Assembly: GCA_963693365.1 (NCBI GenBank) | Contig: CAVNZM010000009.1 | Span: 8,475,408 to 8,539,407 of the forward strand | Source: Amoebidium appalachense | Lineage: Eukaryota; Protista; Ichthyosporea | Length of the DNA: 64,000 bases | Direction: 5' to 3' | Shown: positions 25,252-41,279 of the stretch, one piece after another | How the letters are laid out: each line of letters starts with the position of its first letter | Position numbering within the stretch: position 1 is the first letter of the stretch | Notes under the pieces: model-generated | Told to the model about the DNA's origin: nothing | What the model saw: only the letters and a program-made list of their open reading frames with translations | Database searches by the model: none | Made by a program: the position numbers and the translations under genes

Positions 25252-26962
25252 CACTGTAACAGATAATGGGAGAAATTGTAAAGTTTACATTTTGTGACGT
25301 GGTGCCACAACGGGGGTATTTTATTAGCATACGAATAGTAAATGCTGAGCTGGGGACCCGGCAGGAAAGATATCGACCAACGGGGACGGCCCGTCATGAG
25401 CGGTGTTCGGATACAAAAACACAGCAAAATATTGACATGAAAACATCCGAACGGGGCCTGCACGTTCGTGTCAAATTATTCATATCATATCCAATTCGGA
25501 TTCTGAGAGTCCACCAAGAAGACAAAACGAACAAAAACGTGCCCATCACAGATTTGTGGTGAAACACGTCTTCGGGGAAACACGTATTCCGGAATATATA
25601 TTAGAATCAAAATAAGCATGTTCCAGGAGCCATACGACGTGTCTGCAAGTCCACGAGCAAGACGTTATAGAAGTTAGACAGTATTGATACAAACATATTC
25701 CGGAATACGATATTATGGGACAAGTGGTTTTGCTGTGGTTTGGGTCACGTAAAGATCTCATAGCTGAGCAGTCCCCAACGTGCAGAAAAACACATATTCC
25801 GGAATATGTTAATCGGCCTATTGCAAACCCAGTTTTGTGCATTCTCAACCATACATGCCCGTGCTATGGACCAGAAAAACTGATACACTTATTGGTGTCA
25901 AGAGAACCAACCCAACCCCACCCCAATCCCAACCACCATCTACTCGAGCTAGTAGAGACAAAAGCCCTAAAACATAACATAACACAACATAACACAAAAA
26001 AAAAAACACAAGCCCGTTCGTTCGTTTGTTCGTTCCATGAGCATGTAAAAATATGTCAAGATAAAATGTGGCTGAAGGACAGGAAGCCGTTTATTCATTC
26101 AATCATTCATTCATTCTTTACTTTCACTGAACGACGAGTGAATTCTTTAGAACATGTGTTTCAATACAAATATTGATGCAAATGAATACAAATTTATATA
26201 TACCCACAGGGTATAACGTGATGGTCATTCGAGCAAACATCATGGTCATTGCAGCTGTTGTTGTCGTCATTTGGGGCGCAAGCGCTTTGCAATCGGCTAG
26301 AAAAACATACTAAGCGGCAAAGGTGGGGGTGGGCTGTCGGCATCATACTCAGCGTCTACACGGTGGGTTGCATGGTGTTGAGTGCTTTCCTGAATGATAT
26401 CAGGTTCTCGGACACCATGTTCTTGACCTATGTTTGTGTGTGTGCGTGTGCGCGTGTGTGCGTGGGTGTGCGTGTGCGTGTGCGTGTGCGTGTGCGTGTG
26501 TGCGTGTGCGATAGATTGTTAGCAGACATATTTTCAACAAAAGTCAAAAAAATTTCCTAGAATATCCTTTTCACCATCCGTAAAACCATTCATCTTCCGG
26601 TCGCATTCTTCCAGTCCTGCGATATAAAGACCCGTGCTTTTCAATGTGGCGAATTGAGTTATACAATCTGTATGTGGACAACAAGTTGTCAAGGCGTAAG
26701 GCAATGCATGGTTCGTTGATAGCACGTAGCATCCTTTTCACCGTGTCGCGTGTTTTTGACCAATTTTTGGTATAGGTGTAAAATCGGTACGCCTTTGATT
26801 TTCGATCAGAAGCGCATCAATGATACGATACCTATGGATTGGATACACACTTTGTGTATTGCCAGTCATATCTTTGGGCAGACGTCCTTTATATCTACAT
26901 GTATTAGAGGGGAATAAGGGAATGGTTCATAGTTTTCCCTAGCTCAACTCCCAAAAGACGCC

Positions 26963-26999
<37 letters not shown>

Positions 27000-27529
27000 A
27001 ATTGAAAATGTTATGATACGAGACCCTGAGACGAGTAAATCTACTCACATATGATGTGACAGCTTCTACGTATTTCTGTATAACAGGCTCACCTTTAACT
27101 GCCTCAGAGTCGCTGATCGTGCCGCCGTCTGTGGCCTTGGGAGGTGGTGGCAGATTTGGATCTGGAGATGGGAAGGGAATGGGGTTAGATGAAAGAAACT
27201 CGATGCTGCTTACTTAACAGCCCTTCCGTCCCCATCCCCACCCCCACCCCCCTCTTTCGTTCCACAAAAACAAAAACAGAAACAGAAACAGAAAACAAAA
27301 GGGAAATTTTAGGGTTTTTTTTTTTTTTTTAGGGGTTTTTTTTTTTGGATACCAAACGTGCAAGGACATACCAGTCATGATGGGTAGCAGAGTATACACC
27401 CTTGATTCATGTACTGATACAAAAAACAAAGTGGTCACCAAATGTAAAATAAAATTTATCCGATGTAATAGTTTTGGTCTCCCTATGTCCCTATCTCCCT
27501 CTCTCTCTCTCAGAGTCTCTCTTTCTGTG

Positions 27530-29200
<1,671 letters not shown>

Positions 29201-29940
29201 GGGGGGGGGGGGGGGATACCTTCTGCACCAGACAAAGTCTGTTGTGGAGTGTCGCTTTCACGCGATGACTGCAGGTAGGCCTCCCGCAGGAGGTTAACAG
29301 GAGGGGGTCGTGTATTAGCCAGGTACAACTCGAAACCCATTGGGTTCCGATCTGGTTCGGGCATGACCCCGGATGGTGGCTGACGGACACAAGGCCTGGC
29401 CTTAGCAGCCACTCTTTCGTCTGTGTGCAGGGGGGTATCAGGGTGTTCATGCCTCCCGGTTGATGGAGGGGAAGGAGGGGTTTTGACGGATGGATCCGTG
29501 TCTGTGAGCCACATGTTTCTGTCAGTTGATGTTGATGTATTACACCGAAAATAAAATGCCAGGAATCATGATGAAGATATTGACGTGGTAACGAATAGAA
29601 CTAGACATGACCACCAACATCATTACGAAACTAAAAATAGGCCATAGTTTACCTGTATACGGTTTTTCCACACACACCGTCTCATTTTGTATGTGTAGTG
29701 TCACGAGTGTATGCATGCTCTGGGAAGATGAGACTCCATCTCACAGTTTGTAACCTGATGCCTACAAACGATGCAGGAAAATAAAATCTCTTCTTAAGTT
29801 TCAAGCATGTGACCCTCTCACACACATCGGTTGATAGGTATTTGTTATGTTTGGGTTGTGGGAGGGGGAGGGGGGATACGGGAGGGGGGATGTTCTTTTT
29901 TTAGTTCGGAGTTCAGCACTTCCGCTTATTTTCTTTTGGT

Positions 29941-29979
<39 letters not shown>

Positions 29980-30316
29980 CTACGTTGTGGCACAGGACCA
30001 GTGGGCTGAGGTGAGGCAGCAGTCGACGAGGGCGGGTTTCACCCTGCTGTTGTCATTGTGGGTAGTACTGCCGGCTGTGCCTTGGGATTGTTGTGTGGCC
30101 CGGGTAGTGAACTGGATTTGTTTCTCCTCGTCCACGGGTTCCTCCTCAGATTCTGTTTCAGTGAATAGTCAGACAAAGACGAAAATACAAAATATTTGCC
30201 TTATCCTACACGTATGTGCTTTATCATACACTAAACTAACGAATTCTGTCAAACCCGGCAAAGAAAATTACACTGGAACATGGATGCTTGACTGCCAGGT
30301 CCATCAGATTCTATAA

Positions 30317-30760
30317 TCAAGGCATGACATGTGGCAAAGTGTGATAGAATATTGACCACGGTATATCTTGCCATGGGGCTTGTTTCTTCAATATCTCATG
30401 GACATTGTGATCCCAGTGGCACACCTGGGGTGAACCGTTGGGCTTGCTGCCTATAACTGAGAGACCGGAAATCTTGAGATTGCATGGTAGGCCGTTGTCT
30501 CCCAGAAAATGCCTGATTTCATCATACCAAGTTTTTAACAGAGGGTCTTTCGGGGTCAGAGGAACAGAGAAACGCGTCCCATCGTTATCGTGGACGTCAA
30601 CCGTATCGTTCACCAAAATCGTTTGAGCAATGTGGTTGCTAGCCAGCCTTCGCACGTGTTTGATTGATTTTTCTGTTAATTGAATGTGCCCGCGGAATAC
30701 AAAAAGGTTCCTCTCCAGGTCCTCCTGCCATCCGACCTGAGTGACCCCGCACCAGCACAA
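30317..30760 (-). CDS. PhyH-like 2OG-Fe(II) dioxygenase-like exon
   Basis: LSVIGSKPNGSPQVCHWDH...IPWSI fits the [VL]xSxPG..QxxHxD...PxS pattern. The distal metal-binding His was not found. Confidence 0.5.
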   Translation of the reverse strand: MCWCGVTQVGWQEDLERNLFVFRGHIQLTEKSIKHVRRLASNHIAQTILVNDTVDVHDNDGTRFSVPLTPKDPLLKTWYDEIRHFLGDNGLPCNLKISGLSVIGSKPNGSPQVCHWDHNVHEILKKQAPWQDIPWSIFYHTLPHVMP

Positions 30761-31649
30761 ACCCCTAATGTGAGAAGGTACCTTTGTGTTCAGTCGGTCT
30801 TACGTAGCTCAAAGTTAGGGGCACACATGCATCGATACCATACATTGTCAAGCAAACGGATAGCCTACTCAGAGTAAAGCGGTACCTGCGACCGAAACAG
30901 GGAGTGGTGGTAAGACGCAATGCATACCTGTTTAGGGGTTATGATGTAGGAATCTGCGTCCTCTTCTAGAGGCATCATGCTGTCCAAGTCTGCAGTAAGC
31001 GGCGACACCCCACGTAGTGTTTCGCCACCGGGCCCTACGGGCCCTGAGGCCCTACCCCGTAAGTTCGGCATGTCGACACTGCTTGTTGGAAAGACAGTGT
31101 TCTGAACAGCTAGCGTGTGCGTTAAAATGTGCTCGTGCATTTGGAATGCGACCGCCTTTTGTTTGGTGAGTGTCGGACCCAAAAGGTGATCCCGCAATAA
31201 GATCACGAGGTTTGCTTGTGTCATATGCATGAACAACCGCGCGCGCGGGTCACGCAATGTTTGTACATGTTATCTAAAGGGAGTTCGTAGAAATCTTCTA
31301 TAACTACGTATGTACAATTCAAACCCAAGTGGGGTGGATGGGTGTAATGTGTGTATTGTTTTGGGAGGGTGGAAGGGGAGGGGGAGGGGGGGGGGGGGGG
31401 GGGGGGGGCGTTTGTATGTACATGTGGACTTTGAGAGTCCCGCATGCCAGGTCGACCGGCCCAAAGATGTTGATAACATGTGTTTTGTGTGATCTCCTAA
31501 TTAGAGGACGCCCCGACTGAATAGAGAGAGCACTCCGTCAATCATGTGCGGGCCGTGTCAGGCGAACATTCCTTGGCACTGCTTGAGTTTCTTATGTTTT
31601 TATCCAATCGTTAGAGGCCCGCGTCATGCGGGCATTCCACAACTTGCGA

Positions 31650-31809
31650 CCACACAGATGTATGGACTTCGGATTAAAAGTATGTATAATTGAAAGTAAA
31701 TGTTGCTATGTAATAGCACTCTATGTCATAGTACTAGCGGGAGAAGGAAACGTGGTCCTTCAACAATAGGGATATCACTAATTTGATTTTGTATGGTGCG
31801 GGGGGGAAA

Positions 31810-31841
<32 letters not shown>

Positions 31842-32660
31842 CTTTCACAGCGACGCGAGCCGACTGGGCGCGTTATGATGGTGACGTGGGCTCTGGTAGT
31901 CCGCCGGAGACTCTGCTTGATGTGGAAACGTGCGTGCAAAGTAATAGTCCAATCGGAAAAAGCCCGCGGCACACGAACATTCTATATGGAAGTGCATCAG
32001 GCAAACATTCCAGATAGCGGGTTTGCCAATCAAATTTGATAACGGGGCATAAAAATCATTATAACGGGACATAAGAAAAATGGCCCACAATTTATGCGCT
32101 CCATTCACTTATGCGCTCCATAACGGGCCATAAAAAATATTTTAACGGGACATAAGAAAAATGACACACAATTTATGCGCTCCATTCAAGGTATCGCGTG
32201 CGCTGTGTTTATATGTGGGGGGGGCTGGATTGCCATGACATTGCGAGGACACAGGTGTATGGACTTCGTTGTTGAATGGATTAAAATTATGTAGAATGGA
32301 AAGTAAATGTTGCTATGTAATAGTACTCTATGTAATAGTACTAGCGGGACGAGGAAACATGGTCCTTAAACAATAGGAAGATCATTGGGGAGGGGGGGGG
32401 GGGGGGGGGGAGGGGGGAGGCTTTTCACAGGGACGCCAGCCGGCGAGACGCGTTATCATGGTGCAGGGGACTCTGGTAATCCACCGTAGATTCTGGTTCA
32501 TGTGGAAACATGTTGTAATCTTGCGTGTAGAGTAACAGCCCAATCGAAAGAAGCCCGCAGCACGCGAACATTCCATATGGAAGAGCATCAGGCAAACATT
32601 CGAGATAGCGGGTTTGCCAATCAAATTTGATAACTGGGCATAAAAATCAATTTATGCCGG
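31650..32660. repeat. Diverged direct duplication (~31650-32060 and ~32250-32650), plus a ~70-bp tandem duplication at 32040-32190
   Basis: Shared blocks gaaagtaaatgttgctatgtaatag, tagtactagcggga, gcatcaggcaaacatt, agatagcgggtttgccaatcaaatttgataac. Confidence 0.85.
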
Positions 32661-33487
32661 TCACACCACTTTGGATGGCGTGTGTGTTCAAGATGTCGCG
32701 TGCACTGTCTTTATATGTAACATTGCAACATTGCGATGGCACGTACGAGTGTGGGTGGAAGCGTGTGAGCGAATGTGCATGTTCGTGTTCGTGTGTGTGT
32801 GTGTGTGTGTGTGGGCTGGTGTACACATGTGTACATGGTTTTGTGTGTGTATGTGTGTTGGGTGTTGGGGTGTGTGCGTGTGTGTGTGTGTGTGGGGGGT
32901 ACGTCCGTCCAAAGGCCATACATTTTTTGGGAGGGGGGGGGAGGGGGAGGGGGAGGGGGGGGGGATTGCGAGGGAGATTGTGGATACCGTTAACACAATT
33001 GTCATTGCATCCACGCACGACGCTCGCATACGTAGTGCCCGTGCAGACTATCTGGAGGCCGCCGATGAACTTCAGGCTTACCTGCAGCTAGGAATGATTG
33101 CACAGTGCTCTAGGTTGTACTGAATCGTTTAGTGTTGGATGTTGGTTTTGGACTTCACGAAATGGTCTGTTGGTATATAATGGCTTGGGTGCTCCCTGTT
33201 CTTTATGTTTTCACTGTACCACCATATCTTTGTGGAAAGGCGATTTGTGTTACTAGGTTTCGGATTTACATTGCATTCCCATTACTAAATAGCGGTTGGC
33301 CTGTTTTACAAACGTAACCTGTGCTGATGCCCACTTGTAGTGTTGGGTGCCAGGTGTGATAAGTATTTGCAGGACAATGTCAAGCCATTCACGCCCGTAT
33401 TGAAAATAAAAAGAAAACTCATGTGAACACATTCTGTGGCTCGATCCAAGGTCCCCCCCCCCCCCCCCCCCCCCCCCCCCTTCCCCT

Positions 33488-33527
<40 letters not shown>

Positions 33528-33598
33528 ACGCCCACCCCGGCCCAGTCTGACAGTGAAGCTAGACTGGCACTGTTTCCTAATGGGGCACATTGTAACAC

Positions 33599-33727
33599 GT
33601 TTGAGACAAGAGTGCTTCTAACAAAACACCAATGCAGTGTGGTACACCCCGTGCAGCAAGCTTTTCCCATAAGAGACCAGGGGAGACAGAATCGTAAGAA
33701 GTTTTCCGTTCAATAAAACCAACATAT
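33599..33727 (-). mobile_element. 129-bp internal RT fragment of the same LINE family as 57464-62030
   Basis: Near-identical to ~59108-59236 (DSVSP.LLWEKLAARGVPHCIGVLLEALLSQT). It lies between two copies of a ~60-bp sequence (33395-33455 and 33728-33790). Confidence 0.92.
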
Positions 33728-33912
33728 CCGTATTGAAAATAAAAAGGAAACTCATGTGAGCACATTCTGTGGTTCGATCCAAGGTTCCCCCCCCCACACT
33801 TCCTCCCCTGCTCCCTCCAGGGTCTCATCGATTCCTACAGTCTCCTCCTCAAGTTCTCTCTCTCCTCTCTCTCTCTCTCTCTTTCTGTCTCAGAGTCTCT
33901 CTTCCTTTCTCC

Positions 33913-33943
<31 letters not shown>

Positions 33944-33988
<45 letters not shown>

Positions 33989-34013
33989 TTATATATACAT
34001 ATGGAGGTATATC

Positions 34014-34053
<40 letters not shown>

Positions 34054-34115
34054 TATATACATATGGCGGTATATATATATATATATATAGTGTATATATC
34101 ATATATATATTTATA
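33944..34115. repeat. (TA)n microsatellite region
   Basis: Seen directly. Confidence 0.95.
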
Positions 34116-34694
34116 TATCTACCCATCTCTCTCTCAAGCTCTCTCTCACACACACACACACTCTCTCTCTCTCAGTCTCTCTCTCGCTCTCTCCCCCCCC
34201 CTCCCCCCCCCCCCCCTCTCCCTCTCCATCTCCCTCTCTCACTCTTTCTCCGTCTCCCCCTCCCCCTCTCCCTCCCTCATTCTTTCTCTGTCTCCCCCTC
34301 TCCCTTGCGTCTCTCTCTCTCTCTCTCTCATCCCTTTCTCCGTCAGCCTCAGAGTCCGAGGCTCTCCCCGCCCCCTCCCTCCCCCCCCCTCCCCCCCCCC
34401 CCCCTTCCTAGGAGTCCCCAGGCCAAAGCTCTATCAAGTCCTCTGGTCACGGCCCTTGGCCAGTCCAAGTCTCCCTCCCTCAGTATCTCATTTCCCCCCC
34501 CTCCTTCCCTCTCCCTCCCAGTCTCTCTCGAAGTTCACTTTCCCCCCCCCCTCTCCCCTTTCCCTCCCGCCCTCTCTCAGAGTCCCTTCCTCCCATCCTC
34601 AGGTCTCCCTTCGATTCCCTCAAAGCCTTCTCTCTTCTCCCTCCCTTCTCCCCCCCCCCCCCCCCCCCCATATCGTGTGTTTACACTGAGGCGA

Positions 34695-35360
34695 AATATT
34701 TTTGTATAATGTACATGTGGCGTACAGTATGCACCCGGGCCCCATATGTACACACAGTAGATGACGACTGATCAAGGTTGTACGTTAATGTTTGCGTACT
34801 CCCAAAGTTTACGCTCGATAACCTCATGAGACTTGGCGGCCCCGGGCCACTCGATCGACGACCATGTACATGTCCGGCATATGCTAACTCCGATTTTCGG
34901 TGCACGTGCGCCAGCACCATTAAGTCGTATGATACTGCTGCGTTCCTATTGGACATACCATATTCCTCGAAATGACACCTGATCACGCGTGTTTAGATGT
35001 CGATCGCGGACTACCAGAGCCCGGAGAACGAGGTGATTTATGCTAACGCTGCTAAACCAAGATCGTTCCGTAACCCGGTTTCGTCTTGCGGTAGAGATCA
35101 TACACCCCCCCCCCCCCCCCCCTCTCCCCCCCCCACGCCCCCCCTCCCCTCCCCCCCTCCCCCCCCCCCCCCCCCCCCCCCCCGCGGGCCCCTGAACAAC
35201 GCAAACTATCACAGGCGCATACTGTCAATATTTTTGTGTAATGTACATGCGGCGTACAGTATGCACCCCGTATGTACACACGGTAGATGACGGCTGATCA
35301 AGGTTGTACGTTAATGTTTGCGTACTTTCAAAGTTTACCCTCGATATCAACCTCACGAGA
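34695..35360. repeat. Diverged direct duplication of about 135 bp (34695-34830 and 35228-35360)
   Basis: Shared taatgtacatg.ggcgtacagtatgcaccc...ctgatcaaggttgtacgttaatgtttgcgtact...aaagtttac. Confidence 0.85.
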
Positions 35361-35543
35361 CGCCGCCATAAAAGAACCATGTTGAACAGCGAATGAGGGA
35401 GAATTCCTATTGGCGCATGCAGTACAATGCATGTCATATAAAAGCGGGATACACTCACGACCGCGCCACAATCAGACATGTGTTGTAGTACATTGTGTAC
35501 AGTGGTCCTTGGGTGAGTACCATGATATAGCCTAATCAACGCA

Positions 35544-36596
35544 ATGGCTTTAAGTTTGGCGAACGTGCAAAGGGTGGTGCTCAAGCCCGCCAGGAAGTAT
35601 TCGGGTCAGAAACGACCTCCCGGTGCACAGACAACACGCACGAAAAGGCGAGACACAGCCCTTTCTGACGAAAACATAGAGTTGGCCGCATCGACCCGAA
35701 CTCCAAGGTGTTGCTCAAAGGGCAGATGTTTGGAATTGCACCCGTACTCGATTGACCAGGTTCGGGAGTCACGAACACTTTTATTTGAGATGTACAGCCT
35801 GGCCGAAAGGAGAGTAAAACTGTGGGAGCTGGCTACAGCCCTAACACACGGGGATCGTTTGATCTAACAAGAACCCTAGAATTCATACACCGAAAGAGAG
35901 AGTTGGCCCAGGCTGGAGGAGCAGAACCAAAACAGGTACACACGCACACACACACACACACACGCACACACACGCACACACACACGCACACGCACACGCA
36001 CACACACGCACATACACACAACACACACACGTAGACACAAACACACACTCGCATACATTTGCAAATAGTTAGGAAGACTATTGAACAAATGAACTCATTG
36101 AAGGACATGATTTGCATGACTTGTGTAAGGCCAATACCGTCCTAGAACCGGCAACCCCCCCCCCCCTCTCCCCTCTCTCTCCCCCCCCCCCCCCCCCCCC
36201 CCCCCTTCCTTCAAACACACAAACACCCTCATACACACAACGTGACCCACCCTGCCCTGGTATGTGCTGTTAGGCCTAGGTACGGTTGCACGATGACATG
36301 GTCAATTTTATAGAAGTTTGCATGACGCGCATTTCCCCTTTAATAACTAACCAATACATACCAAACAGGTGGCTGTCGAGCCAGAGCCGATTGAGGATCC
36401 GCTGCCCAGCTTGCGGCAGGACAAGCCCTTCAAAGCACCATGCTCAGGGGCGTACCGGGGCCCTGGGAAACGGGCACGCTTGGCAGAGTGGAAGAATCCA
36501 AGCCCGTACTCAAACGCCAAGAAGGGTGAAATTGTTCTCATAATTGTCAACCCCACCGACAGTTACAACCCCGAGGCCATCCCCGAACCGGCGAAG

Positions 36597-36640
<44 letters not shown>

Positions 36641-38078
36641 ACTCCCCACACCCCCCCCCCCCCCCCCCCCCCACAAACCCCTTCCCCCCCACCCTCACCC
36701 CCCCTCTCCCCCTCTTTCTCCCCCCTCCCCCCTTCCTCCTGCCTTTCTCAAACCCCCCCCCCCCCTCCCCCCACCCTTCGCCCCCCCCCCCCCCCCCCCC
36801 CCCCACCGTGACCCGCCCATATTCACTTTAAACCCCTACACCCTCATACACACACCGTACCCGTCCTACTTCCATTCTCCCACTCTCCTCCCCTTGTATC
36901 CTTCGAGATCACTTCCTTCAACATGATTGAAGCAGAATCCGTTAACATATCGGCTGTTACTGTATACTTTACTATGGTAACTGTTGTGGAGTTCTGTTCC
37001 ATAAATAGATGTGGAGACTGCATCGACTTTAGTACTAAGTTTTAAAACCTTCCTCCCCCCCCCCCCCCCCCCCCCCCCCACCACCACCACCCCCACCCCC
37101 CACCCCCCCCCCCTTCTCCACCCCCTTTCCCCCCTCAACTCTCTCCTCAACCCTCAACACCCCTAGACATACATGCACTTAAAATTATGCCCGGCACGAG
37201 TCACAAGTCTCACAAACACCTTCAAGGTGTCTTCTCAGTCCACATCGTCATTCAATAGACCCGCAAACCGCTGGACTTTGTTATGGCCCAAAATCATGGA
37301 AACACACCCTAGAATCCTGTACTCGTTTACTTGTATGTTGTGTCTGTATTCTCCCCCCCCCCCAAAAAAAAAAAAAAAAAAAAAAAAAAAAACATACCCA
37401 CATCCCATCCCACCACCCACCAACACTAACCCTTCATTATGTGTGTTTCTCTCAGCGACAATCTGTCTCTCCTACAAATAGTCTACCCCATTAGCAAACC
37501 CTTCATGCTATCTCATAATATGTCAAACAGTTCCTCACGGCCAATCCCCCCCCTCCCCCCCCCCCCCATCCCCACCCCCACCCCCACCCCCTCCACCACG
37601 CACACCCCCACACATCCCCACACACACGCACATGCGCAAAAACACTATACCGTATAGGTGCACCAGCCGTAGACGAATCCCCTGAGGAGCAGGATGGTGC
37701 AGACTCACCCGATTCAGGTGAGGACCCCCCCCCCCCCCCCCCAAAAAAAAAAAAAAAAAAAATAAAGAATAAAAATAAAAAATAAAAAATAAAAAATAAA
37801 AAGAACAAAAGCAAAACAAAACAAATAAATAAAAGAAAACCATAACCCTATAATCCATTTCCTGACTTTCTTGCTTCTTGATCTTGCAAAAAGGTAAAAT
37901 GAACACGATTGAATGACAGGAGTGTAACTTGCTTAGGCCAATACCATCCCCGAACTGACAACCCATATTTGATCAACCCAAAACAATACGTTTCCGAGCT
38001 TTAAAGCAGATAATTTAAACATGTACACAGAGACAGACGTCCACACATGCACATGCACATGCACATGAACACGCACAT

Positions 38079-38156
<78 letters not shown>

Positions 38157-38814
38157 AAACACAAACCAGCACACGGCCAATGACATGCACGGGTGCCCCC
38201 CCCCCCCCCCCCCCCCCCCACAAACATGGCATACCCCCCTCCCCCCCCTCCCCCCCCCCTCCCCCCCCCCCCCCACACACACACATCAGACCACCACAAA
38301 CACCACAACCACCACCACCTCCACATTTCCTATGGGCATGGGCAGAAAAACGACAATGGTGATATAATTTTCGACTTGAAAGAAGTTACAAACTCCTTCT
38401 GAGGCTTCCCCACCCACACCAACAAAATCATTTCGAATCATTATCTGAGCATTGGCTCTGAACTCGGACTGACATTCACAATGCAGACATCAACAGCGCA
38501 GAGAGCAATAGCAACAACGACAACATCAAGAACCCCGGCAGTGTGGCCAGCAAATCAGATGGTGACACCAACAGTCTCCAAAACGACGTGTCAAGTGATT
38601 TAGAAAACGAACCGCTCGTGATGTCAAAGACGGGTACGTATCTCGACTGGCATTATTCCATAGCCTGTTTCCATAGCCTGTTTGTGGTGATGCTAAACGG
38701 GCTTTTGGGAGACAAATGTCTATGCCATTTTCTGTGCAGTGTATGTGCTTCATGTCCGGTGAAAAGGGAAGGGAGGTAGGGCAAGAGGGAGAGAGAGAGA
38801 GGGGGGGGGGGAGA

Positions 38815-38882
<68 letters not shown>

Positions 38883-39200
38883 GGGGGGAGAGAGCGACAG
38901 CGAGTGAGAGGGGGAGAAGAGATGATGATAGAGAGGGAGATAGAGATAGAGATAGACAGCAAGAGAGAGAGTGACAGAGAGAAAGCTTGTGTGAGTGTGT
39001 GTGTGAAATTCATGAAGCACGTATGCAGGAATTTTTGAGGGTTGGTTGTAACTAAAGTTGTATCGTTACCCATCAGGACAAACACACAAGCGCCGAGCAT
39101 CTACGGAGGTGCCAGTCCCCGCAAAACGACCAAGGGTACCCATATACAGCATCAAGAAAAAAATACCATCCTTCGGAAACCCTCGCAAGGGATAGTAATA
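35544..39200 (+). pseudogene. Decayed multi-exon gene, possibly an internally deleted transposase
   Basis: The first exon has CCSKGRC...IDQVRESR.LLF and a later segment has IEVC, which resembles Cys-rich transposase N-termini. Further GT-AG exons lie at 36369-36596, 37658-37717 and 38488-38632. In-frame TAA/TAG at ~35865-35880. No DDE core seen. Confidence 0.45.
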
Positions 39201-40403
39201 TTCTGTATGGTGTCTGTTATAACTCGAATGACCGTCAATAGACCTTCACACGAATGCGTATGGTATTGCTATCCTTGGAATGAAATCGTAATTGGCATAC
39301 TTCGTTATAGCAAACTGCCTCCACGGTGTAGATATGTTGACTTACGACAAAGAGTCCTGGCCTCTCCATTGTGTTAAACGACCTTATATGAATGAGAGAT
39401 TCTTCTTGTTATGAATATATTTCGGCAACGGACACCCTGGAAATTTCGTAGTATGTCTTAATTAAATGTTGGAGTACTCGTGTGTGTTGTGTTGTCTGTT
39501 TTCTTTCGATGAATTCAAACGGTCCCAGTGTACTTCATATACAAAACCACCCCGTACTTTCAAAGTCTGGTCGATATTTTGAGCATTTACAATATTTGGT
39601 TGATTAGTATGTTCTGCTCTAGGAAATGGACTCTCAGAATCCATGAAGTCTGTTTTTCTTTCTACTTATGAGTGCGTTACGATGGTGTCTGCAGGGAGAA
39701 GTAGACTCTCCGAGTCCAGGGAATGAGTTTTACCTTCTTCATATGAGTGCATTTTGATGGTGTCTTGCAGGGGGGATTAGACTCTCAGAGTCCCCTGACC
39801 ATGATTTTATATTCCATAGACGTTCGTTCTGAGTCCGTTATCCATTTCTCTTCTGCTTGTCCCAATCTCCAGACACATGTTTTCCCTTCTTATTTTCAGG
39901 TGTTGGTTCGTGAAATTTGGCACACTGCATGGTCTTCCTGGTAACCCTGTAAGCACAAATAGGCGCGCGGCAAGCATGTAAGCATGTGTTAGCTCATGTA
40001 TGATCTATCGAAAACGGTAAACCACAGGCCTGTCTGCCGATTTTGCTTGTATCTAAGCCGGCTAGAATAATTCTCCGGTTCCCTGTGTACATATATGAAA
40101 TCGGTCCATTTAATAAGATTGGAAGGCAGGTGTGTTCTGCCGGCAGTGCCGGCAGGGTTTTGGTTTAAACCTGAGATGAGCTATAATGACAGCGTTCGAC
40201 TGGTGTTTCCTTCCCTTCCCTTCCCTTTGCATCTTGCCTCCGTGTTTGCCGATTGCCTTTTGACATCAGTAAATCATTCCCATTTCATGGGAAGTTGCAC
40301 CTACCGGTCCTAGCATTTTACTATACAGACAACTATATAGATAGGCTGTTGTGGATTACCCAACATTGTAAAGTTTACAATTTCTCCCATTATGTGTTCT
40401 GTG

Positions 40404-41279
40404 CCCATACAACAGTCTAAAGTTCGTGGTGGTGGTGCGCCGGCAGCGAGTTTTATTTTACACGTTGCGATATTTGACGCATCTACCGGGAGGTGAATAC
40501 CTGTGGTGGTAATTAATACGCGAGAAACAGCTGTCTCCTCCGCACTCCCACGCAACCACCACACCGGAATACTGCACCTGCGATTTCCCTTAGCATACAT
40601 GAACGAAAGTTCTGCAGCACCGTAATCAATTCGTCCCTGTTGTGGCCCCATGAAATCAACACCTAATAAGGCATCATATGGTAGATTATCAATCACATGC
40701 CATCTGTGCACCACTAGAGCAGATTCGTTGGGAATGGCGAGAGTGAGAGATATACTTCCTTGGCATGTCATTTCGTTACTTTGTGCATCCAGTACACTAA
40801 AATTAGGAACATGCTGAATTCGTTTTCTTGCCACTACAGGGAGAGATTCGTAAAATGCTGTGCTTATACAGCTATGGCTAGCACCAGAGTCGACAACTAC
40901 TGTGACTAGCTTCCCATGCACATACATTCGCGCAAGTGTGGCTGTGCATTTATTTTCGTGGGTTAATGTGCACACAGTGGCATTTTCATGCCGTGGTTCT
41001 GCAATGGAGGAGTGCACACGGTCAGCAAAATGCACATTTTTCTTTTTGCGCGGGGGCGGGGTGTGCGTGTGCATGGGGGGGGTCAGTACACGGGGGTAAC
41101 TGTTCGTGGGGGGGTGGGGCACATGCAGATTCGTGGGAGGGCTCCGAGACAACAGAAATTTCCGCACCAGTAGATTTATTTTGCAATTTATCTGCCAGAG
41201 GGGAACACAGTTCCAGCTCTGCTATTAAATCAAATACATTATGTTCTACTGGGGAGAGACCAGTCCCTTGCCCGCCTTC
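40404..41279 (-). CDS. Gypsy aspartic protease region of Pol
   Basis: VTVVVDSGASHSCIS and ALLGVDFM motifs; continues into 25251 once the TIR element is removed. Confidence 0.92.
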
